This document shows positions 1 to 8,821 of a stretch of 48,861 nucleotides of DNA, piece after piece. Each line of letters begins with the position of its first letter. Within the stretch, counting starts at the first letter, position 1. This stretch comes from Betaproteobacteria bacterium (GTDB lineage: Bacteria > Pseudomonadota > Gammaproteobacteria > Burkholderiales > Burkholderiaceae_C). Under the pieces are notes generated by a model. The model had not been told where the DNA came from. It ran no database searches and worked only from the letters and a program-made list of their open reading frames with translations. The DNA is taken from NCBI GenBank assembly GCA_043779845.1, contig JAYWDK010000454.1, forward strand, positions 1 to 48,861, written 5' to 3'. The translations under genes were made by a program, and so were the position numbers.

Positions 1-1298
1 GGCGCGCTGATGTACAGCAGCGAGATGAACAACAAGGACCAACCCACCGAGAGGCGCGCCTCGGCCACCGAGGGCGTGGTGTAGTAACGCGTCAAGACAT
101 GCGGCATGGCGGCCGTGCCCAGCATCAGACAGAACACCAGCGCCAAGAAGTTGGCCCGCGCGGTGCCCGCTGCGGCACTGCCATCCGCGCCCGCCAGCCC
201 GGCTTGAGGCGCGAGCCCCGCCAAGGGTCGCGCTTGATCACGCGCCAGATCCTGCTCGCGCTGGTAAGCGGCGCGGGCATCGGCCTCGACGCGGGGCAAG
301 CGCTCCAGCCTGCGCTCGGCCTGCTGAATGCGTGCCAGCGGTGCGTTTTCAGCCCGCATGCGTTCAATTTCTCGGGCCAACAACTCGCCGTCGCTGGCCA
401 TCGCTGCGGGCACGTCGCGCAGCTTGCGTTGGGCGTCATCGGCACGTTCGGTGAGCAGACGACGCACTTCCAATTCAGCCGGATCCACCAGCAAATGCGC
501 CTCGCGCTGGCTGACTACCGCCAGTTGCTCGTTGTAGGTGAACACCGGCAACCAAGACCCGGTTTGATGCAGGCTGAGCCACATCACCGGCACGGTGTAG
601 GCAATGATCAGCACGATGTACTGCGCCACCTGGGTCCAGGTGACGGCGCGCATGCCGCCCAAAAACGAGCACACCAGCACGCCACCCAGGCCAACAAAGA
701 TGCCAATCTCGAAGCTGAATCCAGTGAGGTGCGAGGTAACCAGGCCCACGCCATAAACCTGCACCACCACGTAGACAAACGACACCAGCAAGGTGGCCGC
801 CACGCCAATCAGCCTGGGCGCGTTGCCGCCGTAACGGGCACCGAGAAAATCGGGGATGGTGTACTTGCCGAAGCGTCGCAAATAAGGCGCCAGCAACACC
901 GCCACCAGGCAGTAGCCGCCCGTCCAGCCCAGCACGTAGGCCAGGCCGTCAAAACCCTCAAGATACAGCACGCCAGCCGTGCCAATGAACGAGGCGGCCG
1001 ACATCCAGTCAGCCGCCGTGGCCATGCCGTTGTAGATGGCCGGCACCCGGCGCCCGGCCACGTAGTACTCGGCCTCGTCGGTGGTGCGGCTCATCAGGCC
1101 AATGCCGGCATACACCAGCACCGTGGCGATCAAAAAGCTGGCGCCGATCCAGCTGCGCGGCCAGCCGTTTCGTTCTAGCACGGCCAAGGCGCCGATGAAC
1201 AGCACCACGCCCAGCGTGAACAAGGCGTAGCGCCGATGCAGGCGGCGCGCAAACCGCTGCGTGGTCTCTTGGCTGCTACCCGGAAACAGGCTGGACAT
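1..1298 (-). CDS. Sodium:solute symporter, VC_2705/ActP-like subfamily (runs off the left edge; 3' end missing)
   Basis: Absent from the ORF track because it is open at the edge. Translated by hand from ATG 1298: MSSLFPG...EYYVAGRRVPAIYNGMATAADWMSAASFIG...GWTGGY...LAPYLRRFGKYTIPDFLGARYG...GGMRAVTWTQVAQY...LMLGTAAMPHVLTRYYTTPSVAEAR, which are SSS/ActP-family motifs. Confidence 0.9.
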   Translation of the reverse strand, partial: MSSLFPGSSQETTQRFARRLHRRYALFTLGVVLFIGALAVLERNGWPRSWIGASFLIATVLVYAGIGLMSRTTDEAEYYVAGRRVPAIYNGMATAADWMSAASFIGTAGVLYLEGFDGLAYVLGWTGGYCLVAVLLAPYLRRFGKYTIPDFLGARYGGNAPRLIGVAATLLVSFVYVVVQVYGVGLVTSHLTGFSFEIGIFVGLGGVLVCSFLGGMRAVTWTQVAQYIVLIIAYTVPVMWLSLHQTGSWLPVFTYNEQLAVVSQREAHLLVDPAELEVRRLLTERADDAQRKLRDVPAAMASDGELLAREIERMRAENAPLARIQQAERRLERLPRVEADARAAYQREQDLARDQARPLAGLAPQAGLAGADGSAAAGTARANFLALVFCLMLGTAAMPHVLTRYYTTPSVAEARLSVGWSLLFISLLYISA

Positions 1299-1331
1299 GG
1301 GCTGGTCAGCCTGGCGCCGCTCTGGTAGCGC

Positions 1332-3740
1332 TTAGCGGGCCGCCAAGCGGGTCCAGGTCTCGACCACGGAGTCGGGGTTCAGCGAGATCGAGACAATGCC
1401 TTCGTCGGCCAGCCAGTCGGCAAAGTCGGGGTGATCGCTGGGGCCCTGGCCGCAAATGCCGATGTACTTGCCGGTGGCGCGGCAAGCGGCAATGGCGCGG
1501 CTGATCAGTGCCTTGACGGCGGGGTCACGCTCGTCGAAGTCTTGCGCCAGTTGCGCCAGGCCCGAATCACGGTCCAGCCCCAGCGTAAGCTGGGTCAGAT
1601 CATTCGAGCCAATCGACATGCCGTCAAAGTGCTCCAGAAACTGCTCGGCCAGGATGGCGTTGCTGGGCACCTCGCACATCATGATCAGGCGCAAGCCATT
1701 TTGGCCACGCGCCAGGCCACGATCGGCCAGCAACTTGCCCACTTGCTCGGCTTGGCGCACGGTGCGCACAAACGGCACCATGATTTCAACGTTGTTCAGC
1801 CCCATGTCGTTGCGCACGCGCTTGAGCGCCTCGCATTCCATGCCAAACGCATCGGCAAAATCACCGCTGATATAGCGCGACGCGCCGCGAAAACCCAGCA
1901 TCGGGTTTTCTTCATCGGGCTCATAACGTGAGCCACCGATGAGCTTTTTGTACTCGTTCGACTTGAAGTCGGACAAGCGCACGATCACCGGTTTGGGCCA
2001 GAACGCGGCCGCGATGGTGGCAATGCCTTCCACCAGCTTGTCGACATAAAACGCGCGTGGCGACGCATGGCCACGGGCCACCGACTCCACCGCTTTTTTC
2101 AGGTCGGGCGCGATGTTGGGGTAGTCAAGAATCGCCTTCGGGTGCACGCCGATGTTGGTGTTGATGATGAATTCCAGCCGAGCCAAGCCCACGCCTGAAT
2201 TGGGGATCTGGGCAAAGTCAAAAGCCAGCGTGGGGTTGCCCACGTTCATCATGATCTTGACTGGGCAGTACGGCAGTTCACCGCGCTGCACTTCGGTCAC
2301 TTCGGTCTCCAACAGGCCGTCGTAAATGACGCCGGTATCCCCCTCGCTGCACACCACTGTCACCAGCGCACCGTCCACCAGCGTGTCGGTCGCGTCACCA
2401 CAGCCCACCACCGCCGGAATGCCCAACTCGCGAGCAATGATGGCGGCGTGGCAAGTGCGCCCGCCCCGGTTGGTGACGATGGCCGAGGCGCGTTTCATCA
2501 CCGGCTCCCAGTTGGGGTCGGTCATGTCGGTGACCAGTACATCACCGGGCTGCACGCGGGCCATCTCGGAGACATTGGTGACCAGGCGCACGGGGCCGGT
2601 GCCGATCTTCTGGCCAATGGCGCGGCCTTCGGCCAGGATCGCGCTGCGCTGGGCGGCGCTGCCCTTGAGCTTGTAGCGGTGCTCCACCTGGCCGGCGGAT
2701 AGGCTTTTAACTGTCTCGGGGCGGGCCTGCAGGATGTAGAGCTTGCCGTCTTCGCCGTCTTTGCCCCACTCGATATCCATCGGCCGGCCATAGTGCTTCT
2801 CAATGATCAACGCGTACTGGGCCAGCTCGATCACGTCGGCATCATTGAGCGCATAACGATTACGCTGCTCGGGCGGGGTGTCCACCGTGCGCACCAAACG
2901 CCCCGTTGCTTGCCGCTCTTCGGTGGACGTGAACTCCATGCGGATCAGCTTGGAGCCCAAGTTGCGCCGGATGATGGGCAGCTTGCCGGCGCGCAGCGCG
3001 GGCTTGTGCACATAAAACTCATCGGGATTGACGGCGCCCTGCACCACGGTTTCACCCAGGCCATAACTGGCGGTGATGAACACCACGTCAGCAAAACCCG
3101 ATTCGGTGTCGATGGTGAACAATACGCCGGCCGCGCCCAGGTCCGAACGCACCATGCGCTGCACGCCTGCCGACAAGGCCACGTCGCCATGGGCAAAGCC
3201 CTGGTGCACGCGGTAGCTGATGGCGCGGTCGTTGTAGAGCGACGCAAACACCTCTTTCATCTTGTGCAGCACGTCGTCGATGCCGTGCACGTTCAGATAG
3301 GTTTCTTGCTGGCCGGCGAAGGACGCATCGGGCAAGTCTTCGGCCGTGGCCGACGAGCGCACCGCAAAACTGACCCCCGGGCTGGTGGCCGTGAGTTCAG
3401 CGAAAGAGGCGCGCACCGCCGCCTCAAAATCGGGCGGAAACGGCGCGTTGATCATCCAGCCGCGGATCTCGGCGCCGGCAACAGCCAGCGCGTTGACGTC
3501 GTCGGTGTCCAGGCGCGCCAGGCGCTCGCTGATCTTGTCGGTTAGGCCGCCATACGCCAGAAACTCGCGGAACGCATGCGCCGTGGTGGCAAAACCACCG
3601 GGCACACGCACGCCGGAGGCGGCGAGTTGGCTGATCATTTCGCCGAGACTGGCGTTTTTGCCGCCAACGACCTCGACGTCGGTCATTCTCAGGTGTTCAA
3701 ACGGGATGACCAGGGCGGTCGCCAAATGGGTTGATGACAT
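1332..3740 (-). CDS. ppsA: Phosphoenolpyruvate synthase (pyruvate, water dikinase)
   Basis: [33 protein letters not shown], phospho-His motif [38 protein letters not shown]. Start moved to ATG 3740 (GGAG RBS upstream); the 96 upstream codons in the ORF track are low-complexity leader. Confidence 0.97.
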   Translation of the reverse strand: MSSTHLATALVIPFEHLRMTDVEVVGGKNASLGEMISQLAASGVRVPGGFATTAHAFREFLAYGGLTDKISERLARLDTDDVNALAVAGAEIRGWMINAPFPPDFEAAVRASFAELTATSPGVSFAVRSSATAEDLPDASFAGQQETYLNVHGIDDVLHKMKEVFASLYNDRAISYRVHQGFAHGDVALSAGVQRMVRSDLGAAGVLFTIDTESGFADVVFITASYGLGETVVQGAVNPDEFYVHKPALRAGKLPIIRRNLGSKLIRMEFTSTEERQATGRLVRTVDTPPEQRNRYALNDADVIELAQYALIIEKHYGRPMDIEWGKDGEDGKLYILQARPETVKSLSAGQVEHRYKLKGSAAQRSAILAEGRAIGQKIGTGPVRLVTNVSEMARVQPGDVLVTDMTDPNWEPVMKRASAIVTNRGGRTCHAAIIARELGIPAVVGCGDATDTLVDGALVTVVCSEGDTGVIYDGLLETEVTEVQRGELPYCPVKIMMNVGNPTLAFDFAQIPNSGVGLARLEFIINTNIGVHPKAILDYPNIAPDLKKAVESVARGHASPRAFYVDKLVEGIATIAAAFWPKPVIVRLSDFKSNEYKKLIGGSRYEPDEENPMLGFRGASRYISGDFADAFGMECEALKRVRNDMGLNNVEIMVPFVRTVRQAEQVGKLLADRGLARGQNGLRLIMMCEVPSNAILAEQFLEHFDGMSIGSNDLTQLTLGLDRDSGLAQLAQDFDERDPAVKALISRAIAACRATGKYIGICGQGPSDHPDFADWLADEGIVSISLNPDSVVETWTRLAAR

Positions 3741-3915
3741 GGAAAAACTCCAGGAGGGTGAGAAATCTTTGCGGCCCGCCAAAACCCATGCACGCGGGCC
3801 TGCACGCCCGGCCCGGCACCCCGTCTTGCGCTTCTTGATTCGAATTTTTGGCAAGACGGTTTCATCGGGCGGGGCGGCGGCAGCGTGGTGCTGATGACAG
3901 GGCGGCTGGGCGGAC

Positions 3916-3951
3916 GATTTGGCGGGTGATTTGGCGGGTGATTTGGCGGAT
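3916..3951. repeat. 12-bp tandem repeat (GATTTGGCGGGT x3, last copy imperfect) in the ppsA-ppsR intergenic region
   Basis: Read directly: gatttggcgggt gatttggcgggt gatttggcggat. Confidence 0.9.
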
Positions 3952-4008
3952 GACCGGGCGCCTGTCGGGGGGCAAACACCGCGCGTTGTGCCAGCGACAT
4001 ACAGCGGG

Positions 4009-4014
4009 ATTCTA
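4009..4014 (-). promoter_or_regulatory. Candidate sigma70 -10 element (TAGAAT) for ppsA
   Basis: attcta on + reads TAGAAT on -, in the divergent intergenic region. No clear -35 identified. Confidence 0.35.
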
Positions 4015-4083
4015 AGGACGCCCGCCAATCATCCCTATCATCCCCTGAACATCGCCTGACCTCACAGCCTGAACCGGATCCCC

Positions 4084-4908
4084 ATGCCCAATCGCAGCGT
4101 GTTTTTTGTCTCGGACGGTACCGGCATCACAGCCGAGACCTTTGGCAACTCGATCCTGGCGCAGTTTTCGGCCAAGCCGCGCCACGTGCGCCGGCCCTTC
4201 ATCGACACGGTGGACAAGGCCATCACCGTGCGCGGCGAAATCAACCAGGTGGCCGATGCCGAGGCCCGCCGGCCCATTGTCTTCATCACCTTGGTCAATG
4301 ACGCGGTGCGCCAAATCCTGACCAGCGACGATTGCCGCGGCCTGGTGCTCGACATGTTCAAGGCTTTTGTCGAGCCACTTGAAGTGGAATTTGCCGTCAA
4401 GAGCAACCACCGCGTGGGGCGGTTTTCAGACGCGGCCAAGAGCAGCGAATACCACGAGCGCATCGAGGCCATCAACTTCTCGCTGGCCCATGACGACGGG
4501 CAGTCCGCGCGCAATCTGGCCAGCGCCGACGTGATCTTGCTGGGCGTCAGCCGCTGCGGCAAAACGCCCACCTCGCTGTATTTGGCCATGCAGCACGGCA
4601 TCAAGGCCGCCAACTACCCGCTGATCCCCGAAGACTTTGAACGCCACCAGCTGCCCCCGGCGCTGGCGCCGCATCTGGGCAAATGTTTTGGGCTGACGAT
4701 TGATCCTGAGCGCTTGTCGCAGATCCGCAATGAGCGGCGGCCCAACAGCAAGTACGCGGCACTCGACAACTGCCGCTACGAGGTGCGCGAGGCTGAGACC
4801 ATGATGCGGCGCAACAGCGTGGCCTGGCTCAGCTCCACGCACAAGTCGATTGAAGAGATCGCCACCACCATCTTGCGCGACATCCGGCCGGATCGGCTGA
4901 TCTACTGA
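4084..4908 (+). CDS. ppsR: PEP synthase regulatory protein (kinase/pyrophosphorylase, DUF299)
   Basis: FFVSDGTGITAET, RIEAINFSLAHDDG, GVSRCGKTPTSLYLA, SIEEIAT. Divergent from ppsA, the usual arrangement. Confidence 0.95.
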   Translation: MPNRSVFFVSDGTGITAETFGNSILAQFSAKPRHVRRPFIDTVDKAITVRGEINQVADAEARRPIVFITLVNDAVRQILTSDDCRGLVLDMFKAFVEPLEVEFAVKSNHRVGRFSDAAKSSEYHERIEAINFSLAHDDGQSARNLASADVILLGVSRCGKTPTSLYLAMQHGIKAANYPLIPEDFERHQLPPALAPHLGKCFGLTIDPERLSQIRNERRPNSKYAALDNCRYEVREAETMMRRNSVAWLSSTHKSIEEIATTILRDIRPDRLIY

Positions 4909-4911
4909 TTG

Positions 4912-5793
4912 ATGCAAAACGAGGCCCGCACTATTCGCCACATTCAGCATCCCGGGCCGGCGGCGGCGCAGCGTTTAACCGTCGTGCCAGCCCAGGTCAG
5001 CCATCGGGTTTTGCAGTTGCAGGCCGGCCGGTCGCTATTGGCCGCGCTGAGCGAGGCCATCGCGCCCAGCGGCGCCACCAGCGCCGTGCTGACGCTGCAA
5101 AGCGGCAGCTTGTTGCCGTTTGCCCACGTGATGCCGGCGCTAAGCAAAACGTCCGAGCACGCGGTGTATTTCAGTGACCGTTTTGACGCCACCGCGCCCG
5201 TACATTTGGACTTTGCCACCGTCACGTTCGGTCACCGTGATGGCCAGCCCACGCTGCATTGCCACGGTGTCTGGACCGACGCCCGCGGCGCACAACATTG
5301 CGGCCATGTGCTGCCGCATGAATCCGTGCTGGCGAGCCCGATTTCGGCCTCGGCCTGGCTGCTGCACGGTGCGGCGTTTCAGGTGGGTGCCGACGACGAA
5401 ACCCGGTTTTCGCTGCTCAAACCGGTGGCTGTGGCGGGTGCGGCCATGAGCCCAGTCGCCCGGCCCGCGCTGGCCATCCGCCTCAGCCCGAACGAGGATG
5501 TCTGCACCGCGCTCGAAACCATCTGCCGCGAGCATGGATTCAGCCATGCCACGGTGCACGGCGGCGTGGGCAGCACGGTGGGCGTGGTGTTTGACGACGG
5601 CCGCATCATTGAGCCATTTGTGACCGAAACCCTGATCCGCCACGGCCGCGTGAGCCCCGGCCCCGACGGCACGCCACGGGCACAGCTCGATATCAGCATG
5701 ATCGACCACACCGGCGGCCAGGCCAGTGGCCGGCTGGCGCGCGGCGCCAACCCGGTGCTGGTCACGTTTGAGCTGGTGCTCGAACCCGACTGA
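4912..5793 (+). CDS. Tandem PPC/DUF296 (AF0104/ALDC/Ptd012-like fold) domain protein
   Basis: Domain 1 has LHCHG...CGHVL and the DDETRFSLL tail. Domain 2 has IRLSPNEDVCTALE...GGVGS...TFEL. ATG at 4912 (in-frame TTG at 4909). Confidence 0.75.
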   Translation: MQNEARTIRHIQHPGPAAAQRLTVVPAQVSHRVLQLQAGRSLLAALSEAIAPSGATSAVLTLQSGSLLPFAHVMPALSKTSEHAVYFSDRFDATAPVHLDFATVTFGHRDGQPTLHCHGVWTDARGAQHCGHVLPHESVLASPISASAWLLHGAAFQVGADDETRFSLLKPVAVAGAAMSPVARPALAIRLSPNEDVCTALETICREHGFSHATVHGGVGSTVGVVFDDGRIIEPFVTETLIRHGRVSPGPDGTPRAQLDISMIDHTGGQASGRLARGANPVLVTFELVLEPD

Positions 5794-5821
5794 ACCTTGG
5801 CCGATCACTCGGCCCGTGATG

Positions 5822-5853
5822 GCAAGAAAGGGCCGCGAGCAGCCCTTTCTTGC
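5822..5853. terminator. Probable bidirectional intrinsic terminator between convergent genes
   Basis: Perfect 12-bp inverted repeat GCAAGAAAGGGC-N8-GCCCTTTCTTGC between the stops at 5793 and 5857. Confidence 0.75.
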
Positions 5854-5856
5854 AGG

Positions 5857-7725
5857 TCACAAAAAGCCGATCGAGATCCAGGGCACAAAGGCCACGATCA
5901 CCGTGCCGATCAGCAGCGCCACCATGTAGCCCACGATGGGGCCGATGCCCTCGTCGGGGTTGACGCGGCCGATGGCGCAGGCGGCGTAATAACCCACACC
6001 GAGAGGTGGCGAAAACAAGCCCAGGCCCATGGACAAAATCACCACCATCGCGTAGTGCACGTCATGCACGCCCAACTGGCGCGCGATGGGGAACAGCAGC
6101 GGGCCAAACAGCACGATGGCGGGGATGCCTTCGAGCACCGAGCCCAGCACGGTGAAGGCCAGGATCGACACCGCCAAAAACATGGGCGCGCCGCCCGGCA
6201 AGCCGGCCATGGTTTGGGCCAGCAACCGTGAAAAGCCCGACTGCGTCAAACCCCAAGCCATCGCCGTGGCGGTACCGATGATCAGCAGAATGGCGCCCGA
6301 CAGCGAGGCGGTTTCCACCAGCATCGGCCCGATGCGTTGCCACGGAAATTGCCGGTACACCAGCAGCCCCGCCAGCACTGAATACCCGATGCCCAGCGTG
6401 GACACCTCGGTGGCGGTGGCCACACCTTGCACCACCGCCGCGCGGATGACAAACGGCAGCGCCAGCGCCGGCAAGGCGATGACAAACAGCTTGGCCACTT
6501 GCGCCTTGGGCGTGCGCAGCACGTGGCTCAAATCCTCGTGCCGATAGCGGTGGCGCACCACCAGGCACAGCATGGCGCCCAGCACCACGGCCGGCAGCAA
6601 GCCGCCGGTGAACAGCGCCGCAATCGAGATGCCCGTGACCGACCCAATCGTGATCAGCACCAGGCTGGGCGGCACGGTTTCGGTCTGCGCGCCGGTGGCC
6701 GCCAGCAGCGCCACCAAGTCACCCGGCTTGGCGCCACGCGCCTTCATCTCGGGGAACAGCGCGGGCGCGATGGCCGCCATGTCAGCGGCCTTGGAGCCCG
6801 AGATGCCCGACACCAGGTACATGGCGCCCACCAGCACGTAAGACAGCCCGCCCTTGACGTGGCCCAGCAGCGCCGCCAAAAACGCGATCATCGCGCGCGC
6901 CATGCCGGTCATCTCGATCAGCAAGCCCAGGAATACGAACAGCGGCACCGCCAGCAAGATCAGGTGCGACATGCCCTCGTCCATGCGGCCCACGATCACC
7001 GGCAGCGGCGTGGTGGTGGTCAGCGCCAGGTAGCCAAAAGTGGCCAGGCCAAATCCAAAACCAATCGGGATGCCCGCAAAGACGCAGCCGCCGGCCACGC
7101 CTACAAAAAAGATCAGCAGGTTCAACCGGCCCAGGCCGGCGAACAAAGGCGACGCTACCCAGAACACGGCCACGATGGCCGCGATGATGGCCAGCGCCTG
7201 CAGCACCGGCTTCAAGGCCACACCCGACTGCCGCAACAAGCGCAGCAGCGTGAACAAACCCATCAACCCCAGGCCCACCGGCAAAGCCGCGGCGCGCCAC
7301 AGGTTGGACAGCTCCAGCGCCGGCGTGGTGATGGCGCGCTCGTCGGCCGCGTACTCCCAGGCCGGCCAGGCCACCATCGCCAAAAAGGCGCCGCAGGCCA
7401 CTGTGGCCACGGCCTCCAGCAAGGCACGCCGCTCGGGCCCCGCCTTGCTGACCAGCGCGGTCATGCGCATGTGCTCACCACGCCGCAAGGCCACCACCGC
7501 GCCCAGCATCGCCAGCCACAAAAACAGGATCGACGCCAACTCATCCGACCACAACAGCGGGCTGTGCAGCACGTAGCGCGACACCACGCCCGCAAACAGC
7601 ACCACGATGTCGGCCAGCACCAGCAGCGCGGCCGGCACTTCAACGGCCCAGCCCAGCCACCGGTCGAGCCGGGCTGGCCAGCTGGCGTCTGATGGGTCGG
7701 CCATCAACAGATGGCCGCCACTCAT
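5857..7725 (-). CDS. TRAP transporter fused small+large permease (DctQM)
   Basis: N-terminal DctQ part (VVSRYVLHSPLLWSDELA...EHMRMT) fused to DctM part (LLAVPLFVFLG, SGISGSKAAD, PPS, GLFSPPLG). Highly hydrophobic. ATGA overlap with dctP. Confidence 0.92.
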   Translation of the reverse strand: MSGGHLLMADPSDASWPARLDRWLGWAVEVPAALLVLADIVVLFAGVVSRYVLHSPLLWSDELASILFLWLAMLGAVVALRRGEHMRMTALVSKAGPERRALLEAVATVACGAFLAMVAWPAWEYAADERAITTPALELSNLWRAAALPVGLGLMGLFTLLRLLRQSGVALKPVLQALAIIAAIVAVFWVASPLFAGLGRLNLLIFFVGVAGGCVFAGIPIGFGFGLATFGYLALTTTTPLPVIVGRMDEGMSHLILLAVPLFVFLGLLIEMTGMARAMIAFLAALLGHVKGGLSYVLVGAMYLVSGISGSKAADMAAIAPALFPEMKARGAKPGDLVALLAATGAQTETVPPSLVLITIGSVTGISIAALFTGGLLPAVVLGAMLCLVVRHRYRHEDLSHVLRTPKAQVAKLFVIALPALALPFVIRAAVVQGVATATEVSTLGIGYSVLAGLLVYRQFPWQRIGPMLVETASLSGAILLIIGTATAMAWGLTQSGFSRLLAQTMAGLPGGAPMFLAVSILAFTVLGSVLEGIPAIVLFGPLLFPIARQLGVHDVHYAMVVILSMGLGLFSPPLGVGYYAACAIGRVNPDEGIGPIVGYMVALLIGTVIVAFVPWISIGFL

Positions 7726-8735
7726 ACCAACTTGCCCGTGTACTTCTCAAGCACGCCCCACGCCTCGTCACCAAACTTCTTGTGCCATTCGGCGTAGAAG
7801 CCGGCGGCGCGCAGCTTGTTGCGGAACAAGTCGGCGTCGGTGTTGTTGAACGCCAGTCCCTTGGCTTTCAGGTCAGCGACCAAGCCGTCGTTCAACTTCT
7901 TGACGTCGTCGCGCTCTTTCAGGCCGGCGGCGTTGATGTTGCGAGTGACGATGTCTTTCAGGTCTTGCGGCAGCCGGTCAAACGACTTTTTGTTGCCCAG
8001 GAACCAGAAACCATCCCACATGTGGTTGGTGACCGAACAGAACTTCTGCACCTCGTTCAGCTTGGCCGTGGCGATGATGGCCAGCGGGTTTTCTTGTGCG
8101 TCAACCACCTTGGTTTGCAGGGCTGAGTACACCTCGGCAAAGTTGATGGTGGCGGGCGACGACTCAAAAGCCTTGAACATGGACACCCAGAACGGGCTGG
8201 GCGGGATGCGGATCTTCAGGCCCTTCAAATCTTCGGGCTTGCTGACGGGTGCGGTGCTGGTGGTGATCTGGCGGTAGCCGTTGTCCCAGATTTTTTCGAA
8301 CGCAAACAGGCTGCTGCTGGCCGCAATTTGCTTGCGCACGTGGGCGCCCAAATCACCGTCCATCGCAGCCCACACCTGGCTGTAATCCTTGAATGCAAAG
8401 CCCACGCCGCTGATTTGCGCAGCCGGCACCAGCGTGCCCAGAATCAGCGGCGACAGCGTGAAAAAGTCGAGTGCGCCCGAGCGCACCTGCGACAGCATGT
8501 CGGTGTCGTTGCCCAGCTGGTTGTTGGGGAACACCTGGAAATCAATGCGGCCCTTGGACTCGGCGTTGATCGCGGCGGCCATCTCGGCGGCGCGGGCATT
8601 CATCGGGTGCGAAATCGGCAGGTTGTTGCCGTATTTGAAGCTGAACTCTGCGGCGGCTTGGGCCGTGCCAATGGTGATGGTGGGCAGGGCAAGCGCGCTG
8701 GCGCTGGTGATGAGTTGGCGGCGGGTGATGGTCAT
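7722..8735 (-). CDS. dctP: TRAP substrate-binding protein, DctP family, with twin-arginine-like signal peptide
   Basis: VFPNNQLG, ENG-like DNGYRQIT, DLKGLKIR (carboxylate-binding Arg), EVYSALQTKVVDAQENP. N-terminus TITRRQL...AQA. Confidence 0.92.
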   Translation of the reverse strand: MTITRRQLITSASALALPTITIGTAQAAAEFSFKYGNNLPISHPMNARAAEMAAAINAESKGRIDFQVFPNNQLGNDTDMLSQVRSGALDFFTLSPLILGTLVPAAQISGVGFAFKDYSQVWAAMDGDLGAHVRKQIAASSSLFAFEKIWDNGYRQITTSTAPVSKPEDLKGLKIRIPPSPFWVSMFKAFESSPATINFAEVYSALQTKVVDAQENPLAIIATAKLNEVQKFCSVTNHMWDGFWFLGNKKSFDRLPQDLKDIVTRNINAAGLKERDDVKKLNDGLVADLKAKGLAFNNTDADLFRNKLRAAGFYAEWHKKFGDEAWGVLEKYTGKLV

Positions 8736-8821
8736 GGTTTGTCTCCAGGTGGAGTTGTTGGTGTGAGAAAAATAGTGCTCTAAACAAGTCAGTCAATACT
8801 CGGTCGGCACGCCGACGGTGG

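Noticed and set aside
3741-4028. 96-aa N-terminal extension of PpsA ([12 protein letters not shown])
   Set aside because: It is produced by the intergenic 12-bp repeat; a good RBS and family homology begin at ATG 3740.
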